Assembly: GCF_004010195.1 (NCBI RefSeq)
Contig: NC_057718.1
Span: 31,985,233 to 32,005,232 of the forward strand
Direction of reading: 5' to 3'
Origin: Chiloscyllium plagiosum
Taxonomy: Eukaryota
DNA length: 20,000 nucleotides
Below the pieces are notes generated by a model. It saw only the letters and a program-made list of their open reading frames with translations. It ran no database searches and had not been told where the DNA came from. A program made the position numbers and the translations under genes. Position 1 is the first letter of the stretch. Every line of letters starts with the position of its first letter. Shown one piece after another: positions 1-12,129 of this stretch.

Positions 1-2284
1 CTCCATGTTATTAGGTGCTGAGCATTCTTGTCGTGGAAGTAAGAGCAGATAATTTCAACTCACTACTGACTGTGAGTTGACTCCATGTTTACTAACACGA
101 TCTACAGGCATGCATCCCTCTTCCACAGACGTTGACAGCCGGGAATTGCCACTCCCTCAGGATCCTCATTGCAACACTGTGATACATTTGGAGGATGGTT
201 TGGAAGGACAGTAGGGACAGGCACCTAGCTTGCAGCACATCTGATATTCTCTATCATGTGTGTTGGTGCAGTCACACAACCCATCAGTAGCCCTCCGTCC
301 ATGGGGCGGGCATCTGATGTATGGCACTGGGCTACATCAATCTGCACCATGCGCTGGCAACTTAAGTGGCAAACGCTGCATGTATAGCCATTAGGGGAGT
401 CATCCTCACAGAAATCCATGGAGACATCTGTCAGCAAAGGAGGTCTTGGCACAGAAAGTCAAGGGCAACCTCCAATTGGGAATTCCCTATTTAGGGAATT
501 GGTCGCAGTCAGGAATCCATTCAGGGTGTTCTCACTCAGGGGGTCCATCCATTTGCAGTTCGGGGACTGAGTTACCTGTTCTGTGGCTCCATGTCACTCA
601 TGGAGATGGGTGTGAGGGAGGTCGGTAGGACTATTGCAGTTAGCAGATGTAGTGCATCAGTTAGGTTCTGGGTAATTTTGATCTGGAGCTCAAGAGTGTG
701 GGCCATGGTCAGTCCACTGGGGTCATCCATACAAACTAATAGAAAGGGGTGTGGAAGTGCTAACAGGGGACACTACCTTGAGAGGGAGATTCTGGATCCT
801 ATTCCTGGGGATTGAGAGCTGCAGGCTAGAAGGAAGGGGGCTGATAATTATGAATGGGGGCAACTGTATTTCTAAGGGGGTATATTGTAATGCAAGGATG
901 GAAACAGGGAAGTGGGGAGGGGGAGTTCATCAAGGTCAGGAACATCTTGCTGCAAGAGGGGGAACAGTATATGACCAAACCTGGCATGCTCACCTCTGAT
1001 GCGGTGCGCTGGAGTGAAAGGTGGGCAGGTGCAGGCTTTTTCTAAAGGATTGGAGATGTGCAAAGCTTAGGGGCACTACCATGTTGGGGATTTGATGTTT
1101 GGGATCTGACTATTATGAAGAGGAGGAGGCTGGACACCATTGCCTGAAGTGAGTTTGCTGTCACCTTCCATCATGCTGGAAATCAAAATAAGCAATATGA
1201 AATAAAATTGCTGTGCCCATGTCTGCCCTGGGTGGGGCAAAATGTCTGGACTTGTGGCGAAGGAGCTACAGGACCCACCAGTGTGAGGACCTTCAGAGAG
1301 CTACAGTATTACACACTGACCTATACACTGTACAGAACAGACCTGTAGGTTCCTTAATCCCTGGCGATCCAAAACATTAGTTGCCCATCTCGCTGTGCAA
1401 GACATTGGTGACCACTTAATTCAATATCAACATTTTTGAACTCAGAGGCCAGGGAAAGAAGAGAATGTTTGGTCAATATGGGGACTGGTGCCAGTAGAAT
1501 CCGTTGGATTTATCTTGCCTCCAGATGATGTAACAGAGTCTCAACACAGACATCAATCAATGCTGTATCCTGCACAGACTTGATATTAGGCATTGTGATG
1601 GCACCGTTACATTTGGGGCTAGATAGAGACTCAAAACAAACAGCTGTATTGCAGAATTGTTGACATTTATGGACATATGCGACCTGATTCAGTCTACTAT
1701 GTTGATGAAGTAAAACATTTCTAATTCATGACAAAGTACTCAAACTGATTGAAACAATCACAGAAGTATTGCAGTGATTCTTGATTGGGGGTGGGTGGGT
1801 GAGTGGATGTTAGATGGTAGCAGGGTGCTTGTGATTGTCAGTGGGACTCATGTGAGGATGATCTGATATATGTCCCTCTGGGGAAATATTTTCCAGTTTG
1901 TCATAGTGCAATGTCAAAGTGCATTTTGCTCTGTACCAGCCAACATGAACTTAAGTGGTCACAGTTGCAAGCACAGAATGCATAAGAAGGAAGCATTTAT
2001 TTTTGATAATATGTAATTTAGTTACAAGAGGGACTCTATCTACCATCCACTCTTTCCCCAACTCCTTCCCCTCTGATCCTGCAATTTTCTCTTCACCTTC
2101 CTTTCTGTTCAGCCATATGATTGCTGTGGTTGAGAGGATGGATTTACTGATTTGCTATCAAGCTGGTGCTCTTTGCAGTTGTTAAGAGGCCTGCATTAGC
2201 CAGTGATTATCTTTCCCCCTCACTCAAGCAGTGCCACTGAGATTGGAAACTCAGAAATAACCTGAAAAAGAAGAGACTTGTGTG

Positions 2285-2360
2285 AAGTATGAACACCAGG
2301 CTGGACCAGTTGGGCTGAATGACCCTTTTCGTTCCATAAATTTTATGTAATTTTATTTAA
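2285..2360 (+). mobile_element. Short CR1 3'-end fragment
   Basis: GGACCAGTTGGGCTGAATGACC followed by degenerate ATTTTATGT-type tail repeats. Confidence 0.5.
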
Positions 2361-3117
2361 TAATCGATCAGGGAATCTGCACCCATTCTCCATAACAATG
2401 TCCACTGGTACTCCAATACATTCCACTGTGCTGCTGAGATGACAATGGCCATTTAGTATTTGCTTCTGTTGGTGAGTGATGGAGAAAAATTCAGGATTTT
2501 GTATTTTGACAGCTTATGATAAATGCAAATTCTTTTCATTGCCTTTAATTGTCTAGGTGCTACCATCTTTCTCCCCAGGTTTACTGAAGTAACACATATG
2601 GCCTGATGTCAAAACATGCCGACTTACTCAGTAGTTTGATCTCTGCCTGTAACAGAACGTTGTTCTTTGTTTACTGATTTTCTTGTTTGAGCAATCACCT
2701 CAAAATAATAAGCATAAGTAATAACTACAAATGTGTAATGTGATCCCCTGTTCACTTTCTGGACTTGCATGAGCCTTCATAATGACAGCACAGCCCCAAA
2801 CACAAAATGGGACTCCATGGCTTGCTTTAAGTCACCTCATGCTCTGTGGTTTTGTAAATGTGACATGCCCAGCACTTCACATACTGTTGCATGTGCTGTT
2901 TTTGAAGAGATGCACCCTTGTGATTTTTCATGTTCTGACATCACAACATGCACAAGAATAAACCTGTAATTTTTTGCTAGTTTAAATAATTCATCCACAG
3001 TTTTTAATTACAGGTGCTGTCACTATGTAGCTGCACAGTTATTTTTATAGAAGTATTTTTTCGGTGTAGGCTATTTATTTTGACAATCCATTCATGCACT
3101 CCGTGGAATGAAAGAAA

Positions 3118-3985
3118 AGAATCACAGAAGGCTACAGTACGGAAGGAGGCCATTCAGTCACTTGTGCTTTTGCTGGTTCTATGAAAGAAATATTCTGGTA
3201 TTTAGTTAGTCCTATAATTCCCATATTCTTTCCCTCTAGCCCTGAATTCCAGATGATCACAGCTCACTGCATGCATTTCTTTCTTCACGTTGCTCAGATT
3301 TGTTTTGCCAATTGCCTTCAATGTCCATGCTTTTGTTACTGACCCTTCTGCCATTGGAAACTATTTTTCTTTGTTTACTCTATCAAAGCCCTTCACGATT
3401 TTCAACACCTATATCAAACACTCCGCTTTAAGGAGAACAACATTAGTTTCACCAGTCTCTCTGTGTAATTGTAGTCTTTGATCGCTGGTACCACTCTTGT
3501 AAAAATTCCTTTGTACCTTCTCCAAGGCAATAATAATATTCCTCAAGTATGGTTCCTGGATTTCACTGCCCATTATTCCAGCTGGGGCTTAAATAGAACT
3601 TCTTGCATTTTTAATGTTATTTCCATGTCTTTGTACTCTATGGTAAGATTTGAACTTACTCAAAATCCATTCTGTACACAGAGTTAAAATTGGGCCTTTG
3701 TTTCTATAAAAGCAAGGATCCCATGTGCCACCTGAACGGCATTCTCAACATGCCCCTGCCATGTTCAAAGACTTGAGTACATATGGCCTGAGTCTCTCAA
3801 TCCTGTAGCTGCTTTAAATTGTACCGTTTAGTTTATATTGCTGTCATTCATTTGATCGAAATGAGGTATTTAACAAATTGTATATGAAATTTATCTCACA
3901 TCTGCTTGCTGTTTTCATTATGGCATTTATCTCTCTGCAGCCCAATACTGACTCCCTCACTATTTACCATATGCTGGATATCATA
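3118..3985 (-). mobile_element. Old, degenerate CR1 LINE 3' portion
   Basis: Starts with a CR1-type tail (AGAATCACAGAA...GGAAGGAGGCCATTCAG). Blocks such as ACTCTATCAAAGCCCTTCACGATTTTCAACACC parallel the CR1 at 9335-9521. Confidence 0.7.
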
Positions 3986-4258
3986 CAGAAGTTAACAGAA
4001 TGTCACTAAAACTTAATCAAATCTTCTTCCCTCCTTCAAATTTTCTACCTCCCCTCCTATTTGGACGTTGTTGAGAAGTTTGCAGAAGTAAAGTTCCACT
4101 ATTAATGGATCATGTGTGTTTCCATTTTTGGGTGGATAGTTTCTCATGCAGATGGGGTAAGTTGGTGCAATCACAGTTCTTTGTTTTTAATGCCCTTTTA
4201 TTTATTTTGAATCCTTCTGCCAAATCAGCATGGAATGACTGTGCATTTGCCTCTTTTT

Positions 4259-4357
4259 TTCTGAAGAAGGAGCGCTGAACTAAAATCGTTAACTGTTTTC
4301 TCTCCAGAGATGCATCCAGACCTGCTGAGTTTCTTCAGTACTGTCTGTTTTTGTGTC
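4259..4357 (+). mobile_element. Penelope-like terminal remnant with a degenerate hammerhead core
   Basis: CTGAAGAAGG...TAAAATCGTTAAC...GATGCATCCAGACCTGCTGAGTTTCTTCAG shares the GATGC..C.GACCTGCTG.G.TT.T.CAG block with 11360-11390. Confidence 0.6.
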
Positions 4358-4839
4358 TCTTTTTCAGTTGTATGAGAGAGAGCTAATACCACTTGAAGCT
4401 TATGAGGGAGTGGATCATGCAACGGGCTGCAAGATGTCAATTTAATTTACAATCTGCATTTCATTTACTCTTTAGCAACTTAACAATGTCAGAGAATACA
4501 ATCTTCACCTGTCTTTAAGTACAGTTGCTCACTTGGCTGACTTCTTTTCAGTTGTACATTCTTAAGTTTTTAATAATTTTAATGTTTGGAGAGATCACGT
4601 TTGCAACACTGTGCTCAGACATTTGATAGCGAAGCCTTTGTTTTACATTTCATTTTGTTCATAGGTTTGTGTATACATGTTGTTTCAAAGCATTATCTGT
4701 TTGCTTTCTGGAAGACAGAAAATGCGATTTTCAAAGAAAGGACTATCAGTTGATTGCTGAGGGTTTAGTTCGAAGTCTGACCGTTAGCACTAGGTGTTGT
4801 CTTGTTTTCATTTGAGTCATATTATGTTGTGATCACAGT

Positions 4840-4958
4840 AAAAAAACGATTAGCATTTATGAAGCAACTTACACAACCACAGGATGCCCCAAAATGTTTT
4901 GCAATCAATCAAATGCTTTTCAAGCGATGTCACTGTTGGAATGTGGGAGCCAATTTTC
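4840..4958 (-). mobile_element. Degenerate SINE 3' tail fragment (L2-tailed, possibly DeuSINE-type)
   Basis: GCATTTATGAAGC...CAGGATGCCCCAAAATGTTTTGCAATCAAT...GTCACTGTTGGAATGTGGGAGCCAATTT resembles a common chondrichthyan SINE tail. Recognised from memory only. Confidence 0.45.
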
Positions 4959-6029
4959 TGCTTAAAAATATCTTGTTCATGATGTTCTTTTGCTGCTTCA
5001 TGTCTTCCTCAGCTTTCATTCCTTTGATCTCCCTTCTCAATGTAGTGCTCAGGTTAGTTGCTGAAATTACTGTGTGGCTGATGTGAATTTGTACAGTTGG
5101 TGTGAGCAGGCAATTTATTAACAAAACTGTCATGGCTGACGCCTCCTGCTCTCCATTGATATTGATATATGGGCATTTTCAACAAGGAATCAATCATCGA
5201 TTTTCATGCTGCTCTCCCTTCGCAATCTGAGCCAGATGTTTTGAGGCAATGTTTAGTAACCTAGCTGAACACAGAACACCGATGGAACTTGACCTGTATT
5301 CTTCAGTACATTGTATACTTTATTTATTCATTGAACAGTACTTTGGGAGATGTTGTGCCCCTTACCTCAATTTAAAACAATATACTTTTCTCCCCTCCTT
5401 TAGCTTCCTCTGTCCAATATCACACATCACTCCCCTGTTAAATTCCGCCAATCACTTCTGAATTAGTTACACTTCAGTGAGCAAGTTTGCTTATGATTTT
5501 CTTTCCCTTTTTGAAGTTATATTGAATAGCCTGTTCACTGTATTTTCCTTCATGGTTTCACCAGAATCAGGAACTCAGTGATACACATTAATAAACAGTG
5601 GCAAAGCTTAGAGCCTACTATTGCAAAATCTAACATATTAAAACACTAAACCTTATACTATTAAAGTGTCTTCTCGGGTAGAAAAGGATAATTCTTAGGC
5701 AATTATTTTATGAAAGATTCCATTTTGTTTTGATACTCAGAATTACTGTCTATGATCAGAGATAAAGCAAGAAGTTATGGATATCAACTGACCGTAAGAC
5801 AACAGCAATAATTTTGTTAAAATTATTGTTCCTTACTGCAAGCAGTTAAAGTTGTGCTAAATTTTTAAACTGCGAGCATCTGTTTCTCTTTCATTCCTGT
5901 TACAGAAAACGGTGTTAAACAGCTACTGTCCTCTTAGCAACCTCATAACAACCAATAAATGTGCAATAAATGGACAGCCTAAAATGACCGATGGAATCAT
6001 TCACTGTCATTAGTAATAAGAACGACAGT

Positions 6030-6177
6030 GGTAATTTTAACTTAATCTGCCCAGCAGGACACCAAAGGGGTTGTTTTAGCTGTCCTCACTAAACGTAAAA
6101 TCTGATGTGGTGTAAATTGGGTGGCCAGTCTGATGTCATTAGTTTCCTGCCATGTGGTTTAGGTTAAAATTATGCCC
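6030..6177. mobile_element. Small MITE-like element with terminal inverted repeats
   Basis: GGTAATTTTAACTTAA (6030-6045) pairs with TTAGGTTAAAATTATGCC (6159-6176). Inner imperfect pair GCAGGACACCAA / TTAGTTTCCTGC. Confidence 0.55.
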
Positions 6178-7059
6178 ATATTTCAGTTTGCATTGACATT
6201 GTCATGCATTGTAGTTACATGAAGTTATCTGTAGACTCATTCATGTATTTATTCAGAGCTATTTGCTGTTTCTTTAAATGACTAGTATGGAGAAGGATGT
6301 CAGTAGGGCAAATCCTTTATTTTGTCATGATGGGTTGTTTACACCGTTAAGACCAGATTACTCTATCTATAAACATCAAGGCTAGTTCCTTTCACGGATG
6401 TTTCGTATTTAATATTGAATGAAAAGTCATAGTCAGTTTTACTTTCAGGTGCATGTTTTCAGATGAACTGCCAATTCTGGGTGGCCCGGTGTAAATTTGC
6501 ATATTGGTTTTAATATTTGAGGAGAATATGTTAAGGTTTAATATAGGCATCAAAAGACAATCCGTAAAATAGATCAGAACCCTGTTTCTTGGATGTTCAG
6601 TCTGAGACAGCATTTGCGTAGTTTATTCCAGAAGTGGATTAGGCAACTATTGAATGCCCCTATTCCATCCATACTGTTGTCCTAAACTCTCTGTGGTTTC
6701 CGACATGAGGAAAATAGGGCTCCTCCCAAAACCATCCTTAACTCTGTATGTGGTCTGCTGCAGTGTGCCATCAAGATTTTGACAGAAGCTGTTGGAACTT
6801 CTGTGTTTTAGTTTAGAACTCAATCTATTAGAGTTGAAGAACCAAGTATTCTAATGTTGAGCCCTGAAGTATATAGCAACTTTTGAAGAGACTTCTGCAT
6901 TTTGTAGACGAACCACGATTCAAAGAAGGGAGAAAAATACTTTTTTTCTGAGCAAGTAGTTTTGTTATATTTGTGTTTTGTACCTTCATTTAAAAACAAC
7001 AATAAGCTAACGTTGAAATTAGGGAAAAGTGCTCGACGTTTAGAACTCTGTATGGAAAT

Positions 7060-7245
7060 AGCACTTGACCAGATCAGTTATTAATTTTAAAACTGGGATT
7101 GTGAAATTTTTGTCATTTGCAAACCCTAAGAGAAATGGGAGAAAGGGAGTGTATGGAGTGAGGTTACTTATCAGTCGTGATCTTAGGGAAAGTCAGAACA
7201 GGCGAGAGGGACAAAATGACCTATTCCTGGTCCTGTGTTCCTGTG
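7060..7245 (+). mobile_element. Degenerate CR1 3'-end fragment
   Basis: ATCAGTCGTGATCTTA...GAACAGGCGAGAGGGACAAAATGACCTATTCCTGGTCCTGTGTTCCTGTG resembles CR1 3'UTR and tail. Confidence 0.6.
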
Positions 7246-9334
7246 GCTGGAATTTTACCTGGAAGCAATGTTCTGGCTTCTGCAAAGTGGAGTTGGGAGC
7301 TGGGCCACCTCGGTAGAGCCATGAAGCCCTGACCTAATTTAACAGCTATCTGATTGATAAACGACTCAGGTTGTAACCTCTGCCCTTTCTGCCTTACCAG
7401 ATAGTCAGATAACTGGCAGCACTCCCAATGCCAACACCCCCGACTGGTAGTAGTGGTCGCTGCAAGGACTGCAACCCATTCTTCACAATGTTTGTTAGTG
7501 GCAGGCTGCAGCAAGGGAGGTGACTGGGCCTCGAATGGGTGTGCTGTAGGAGGCTAGGAATGTGCAGGAGGGGCTCTCTGTTCTGAGGGAGAGAGTGCCT
7601 CTGTTGTTCATGGTGCCTGAACAGGAAAGAGCTCACTTCTGTCTGCAGCCAACCCATAAGATGTAGAAACAGAAGCTGGCCATTCGACATATTGAGTCCA
7701 CTCAGTTTGATATGTCTGTGACAAAGAGCTGGGAGGGTGAAGGCTAATTTTTCAGTTCGACATATTGTGTATGCCTTATATCCATAATACACCCATTAGT
7801 ATTGTGCGGTGCCCTTAGGCAACAAGACTCTACAAGAAGTGTTCTATTCACTGGGGATGGAAGTGCTCCATTGTGAAATGTAATTTCTACCTTGCAAACT
7901 GCAGTGAAAATCTGTCAAAGGCATTGAATTAATTCACGAGTCTCCAAGTATAAGCTCAGCACTGAATGGCTAGATGGTTATTTGCTTTATTGCTTCCATC
8001 ATAAGCTTCAACCACACAGACAAGCTTAGAATTTTCACATCTTGGGATTCCTCATATGTTTGGATATCTGTCTATAATCTGCAAAGAAATTTAATACGGT
8101 GGAATCTCAAAGAGATTATGAAACAGTGATAAAGATGTTTTTCTGCATTGGATACTACCAGCTGGTGGGGTACTCTGGGTGTGTTAGCTTCGAGTACACT
8201 CTGGGATTTACGAAACAGGACCTATTAATTAGATTTTTAAGTGCTGGTTGCTGGCTTTCAAACTGATGAAATTGGAATTCCTAATTGACAGCAATGGCAG
8301 TCTCATTTGTTAATAACTCTACCTCAGTTTCATATTTGGAAACCTGAGTATACAGTTTGCATGTCAAATAGGTAACTGAAGTAGCTGAATAATATATAGA
8401 TGTGGCAAGTTGCACAACTGACTCTGTTTCCTAAATAAAATTGTTGCTTTAATGCTGATTCCAGATTTGGAGTATGATGTGCAGTTGGCAGACTACAGTT
8501 ATATTGTCAACTGTGTTTCATATTGATGTCTGTTCCTGCTCAACCATCAGACATTTTATGAAAGATGCTTTTGCTCTGAGCTGTACCAGTGTGAAGTCCA
8601 AGTTGAGGGCAGCCACCCAGTTGATCTGGTCTCCAGTTTCTTCCATCAGTGGGTTCAAACTGGAGGTCTGAGCCAGCTCTTGATTTATATTGCTGTTTTT
8701 TCATCAATATGCAGCTGAAACCACTTTGAATTAATGTGAAACTGTAAGTAAACTAAAAATATTTAAACAGAAAGTAATTAGTCTCCTTGGATAGATTTTA
8801 AAAATGCTGCCACGAAGCCAATTCTGCTTTTAATATATAGATGAAACTGGCATAATGTTTCAGGGCTTTGGAATGCCAGTAACCTGCTCCACGGCATAAT
8901 AAGGCTTGGATTAGCACCCAACATTTCCACAAGTTTTCAGTATCTGCACAAGTAAGGTCCCAAGTATCAAATACTGACCTGGAAAATATGGGATATATCC
9001 AGCATGCTTTGTCAATCTTAATTAGGATCATACGCCATCATCACCTCCCTTATCCATGGCCCTGTGATTGTGAACAAAATCTACAAGTTATGAACATAAA
9101 GCCATTCCTTGAGATGCCTCTTTGCAAACTCAAAGATGAGCTGTTGTTCAACCGATCAGTTTGCAAAGTGTTTTGTTAAAATGGTTTGACATAATATGCT
9201 TGAGGGAAACTCAAGAAATTAATCAATGAGTTAAATGATAACAAAATTCATACCAAACCAAACCAAACATTCTGAGGAAGTAAAATCAATTTTGATTGAC
9301 TTGTGTCTTATTTGAAAATTTTATATATTTTTGT

Positions 9335-9521
9335 TCTGATCCATGCCTCTCATGATTTTATAAATCTCTATCAGGTCACCCTTCAGCCACCAATGCTCCA
9401 GGGAAAGAAAGCCCCTGCCAATTCAGCTTCTCCCTACAGCTCGAGCCCTCGGATCATGGCACATCCATGTAAATCTCTTCTGTACCCTTTCAGGTTTAAC
9501 AGCATCTTTGCAAAAGCAATA
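9335..9521 (-). mobile_element. CR1 LINE fragment, left part of the element interrupted by the LTR retrotransposon
   Basis: CATGATTTTATAAATCTCTATCAGGTCACCC...TGTAAATCTCTTCTGTACCCTTTC resembles the CR1 ORF2 C-terminal region in reverse. It continues in register at 17473. Confidence 0.8.
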
Positions 9522-10234
9522 TGTTACGAGATGGGGTACACCCTTCAGCTTAATGTAAACCAGCAACATAGAAAAGATTTATCCTGTGCAGTAATCTGTG
9601 AAAATTCAAGAGGTCAAGAACTATTTAAAGTAAAAATTAACAACTTTATTTCTTAAAGTATAGTAGAGAATAATTAACTAACAACTATTTACAACTCCTT
9701 CCTCTAACCAATCTTTTACCCTACCGTTCGACAAAGTAGTCTGATAAAATCCATGATTAAGATTTACAAAACAAAACTTCCTATCTCAAAATCAGGCAGC
9801 TTTCAGTTCTCTATATTCTAGTCATCTTTTCTTCTTCTTGGGGATTCTGCTTCAAAGGTTACTGTTTGATAAAGGTACTTTTAAGAGAGCTATTCTCTGG
9901 GAGGTTTGCAGGTGTTATTGGCTTGGCAGTTCTCCTCACAACTGTTCAATTTTCTCTGGTCTTATAACGGCAAAACATCGGATTGTGTCATTGGCTTTTA
10001 AGATTGTCAGTGTACTAAATTCAAACTGGATTGGAATTTGGCATTTGTTTGATGGGTTAGAATTTAAATTGGTTGGCCTAATTCAAATGTCTTTTTGTCT
10101 CTGGGCAACCAGCTACCCTAGCTACCCCAATAGCTAGACCACATGTTACATTGTATCTTATTGAGAACACTTGGTGCTGTCACTGTTAGCTTTTAACTCA
10201 CTTAAAGGTACAGTACACCCACATCTTCAAAACA
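9522..10234 (-). repeat. 3' LTR of the Gmr1-like element
   Basis: Runs from TGTTACGAG to CATCTTCAAAACA on the + strand. Preceded on the minus strand by a G-rich PPT. Minus-strand AATAAA at 9645-9650. Confidence 0.95.
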
Positions 10235-10253
10235 CCACCCCCCAAGAAAAAAA
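10235..10253 (-). promoter_or_regulatory. Polypurine tract with an upstream U-rich tract
   Basis: Minus strand TTTTTTTCTTGGGGGGTGG directly abuts the TGT of the 3' LTR. Confidence 0.8.
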
Positions 10254-10413
10254 TGAACCAACATAATGAGAAGATAGCTTCATTTTTTTCTACTTTTTAA
10301 ACACATTACCCTAACATACAGATAACTTTAATATAAGTTCACCTTAACTTCTTCCCATATACCTGTATACGTATAACATTAAATAAATACAAATCTCATC
10401 TCAACTCTGTCAG

Positions 10414-11950
10414 TTAAATCCATGACAACGCATCTGCGATTACATTCTTACAACTCGTAACAGTATGATTTTAAAATTAAAAGTCTGTAACATAAGATTC
10501 CAATGAAATAGTCTCAAATTCTCGTCCTTAAAGTGTTATAAGAATGTAAGAGGATTGTGACCCGTGTCCACAACTGTCTCCAACACATTGTTCGTGACAT
10601 ATTCATTAAAATGTTGTCAGGCCAGTACCAACCTCAGTAGTTCCTTTTCAGTTGTGGAGTATTTCCTCTGGTGGATGTTGATCTTCTTTGAAAAGTAACC
10701 AACTGGCGGTTCAGTCCCATCCTCATCTTCCTGTACAGCTCCAACTCCTATGTCACTAGCATCAATGGTGATTTTAAAGGTTTTGAAATGTTTGGTGTAG
10801 CTAAAACTGATTTGGTCGTTAATATTGATTTCAAATGGTCGAATGCCTCCTGGCATTGTTCTGTCCACCGAAACGTTGTGTTCTTCTTCAGCAAATTGGT
10901 TAATAGTGCCGCTACACTGCTAAGTTTGGAACAAACTTCCGATAGAATCCACTGAGTCCTAAGAAATGAAGCACCTCTTTCTTCGAGGTTGGTCATGGAA
11001 ATTCCTCAATGGCCTTCATCTTGCATTCTGTGGGGTCAATCTTCCATGACCAATATTACGTCCCAATAATGTCACGTCTGCTTTCACAAATTTTGTTTTA
11101 TTTAAGTTTATCACCAGTTTTGCTTCTTGTAGTCATTCAAAGGGCTCTGCAAACTGTTCTATGTGATCTTTCCAGGACTTACTAAAGATTACTACATCAT
11201 CCAAATTGACTGCACAGTTTGTTAAGAGCTGAAAATGTATTGCTGGAAAAGCGCAGCAGGTCAGGCAGCATCCAAGGAGCAGGAGAATCGATGTTTTGGG
11301 CATGAGCCCTTCTTCAGGAATCAGGCTCATGCCTGAAACGTCGATTCTGCTGCTCCTTGGATGCTGCCTGACCTGCTGTGCTTTTCCAGCAACACATTTT
11401 CAGCTCTGATCTCCTGCATCTGCAGTCCTCACTTTCACCCTGCACAGTTTGTTAACCCAGGCACAACTCTGTTGATGAGTCTTTGGAATGTGGCGGGTGC
11501 GTTCTTCATTCTAAAGGGCATCACTTTAAACTGATATAGCCCATTTGGGATTATAAGCACAGAAATTTCTTTCGCCAACTCTGATAAAAATACTTGAGAG
11601 TAACCACGCATTATGTCCAACTTGTTGATGTAACTGGCTTGTCCGAATTTCTAAATACAGTCCTCCAATATAGGAATTGGATATGAGTCTGATTTGGCAA
11701 CGGCATTGACTTTCCTATCCACACAGAATTGTTGAGTCCCGTCCAGTTTGGAAACTAAGACAGTTGGTGAAGTCCACTCGCTCTGGCTTGGTTCGATGAT
11801 GTTCTCATTGAGCATGGCCTCCACCTCCATCTGGACCTGTCTGGCTTTGAAAGCATTAAGCCGAGATGGGTGTTGTTTTATCCCCGACATCTACTTCTTG
11901 TACAATAGCATTAGTCCTCCCCATCTGATTCGTGCATGTGTCCTTGTACT
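10414..11950 (-). pseudogene. pol: Reverse transcriptase and RNase H remnant
   Basis: IIEPSQSEWTSPTVLV, FCVDRKVN, YPIP, KLDIMRGY, VMPFRMKNAPATFQR and NLDD (degenerate YxDD). RNase H: IDASDIGVGAV, YFSKK, YSTTEKELL, and NVIADALSWI* ending at 10414. Interrupted by an insertion at 11226-11439. Confidence 0.94.
11226..11439. mobile_element. Short non-autonomous Penelope-like element with inverted termini and a decayed hammerhead motif
   Basis: 84-bp inverted arms (11225-11308, 11324-11407). Perfect 16-bp TSD CTGCACAGTTTGTTAA (11210-11225, 11440-11455). Minus-strand CTGAAGAAGGGCTCATGCCCAAAACATC motif. The family assignment comes from recalled shark repeats and known PLE structure. Confidence 0.8.
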
Positions 11951-12129
11951 GTCATAACAAATATTTCAACTGAATTCTATGCTCCTGAGACAGCTAGCTT
12001 ACTTACCTATCCCACCCCTCAAGGACATCTTCATTTTTTAATCTATTTTGAGACACATCAAAATCCACACCATCTGGATTTGATTCCTCACTCTGCGGGG
12101 CAGTAACTAACTGTTTCTTCAGTTCTTTC

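Noticed and set aside
5880..5970. Acceptor-like site followed by two AATAAA motifs as a terminal exon
   Set aside because: Such motifs are common in AT-rich DNA, and the peptide is not recognisable.
8715..8743. 29-nt candidate exon (TGCAG...ACT|GTAAGT)
   Set aside because: Stops in all three frames and no other support.
225..9179. Many 60-130 aa ORFs in the left half as host genes
   Set aside because: No recognisable domains, many start at non-ATG codons, and several lie within decayed repeats. Consistent with chance ORFs.
9838..10137. ORF pair 9838-10137 and 17080-17262 with similar translations as paralogous genes
   Set aside because: The similarity is explained by the two LTR copies. 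The frames are not conserved to the end and are antisense to the element.
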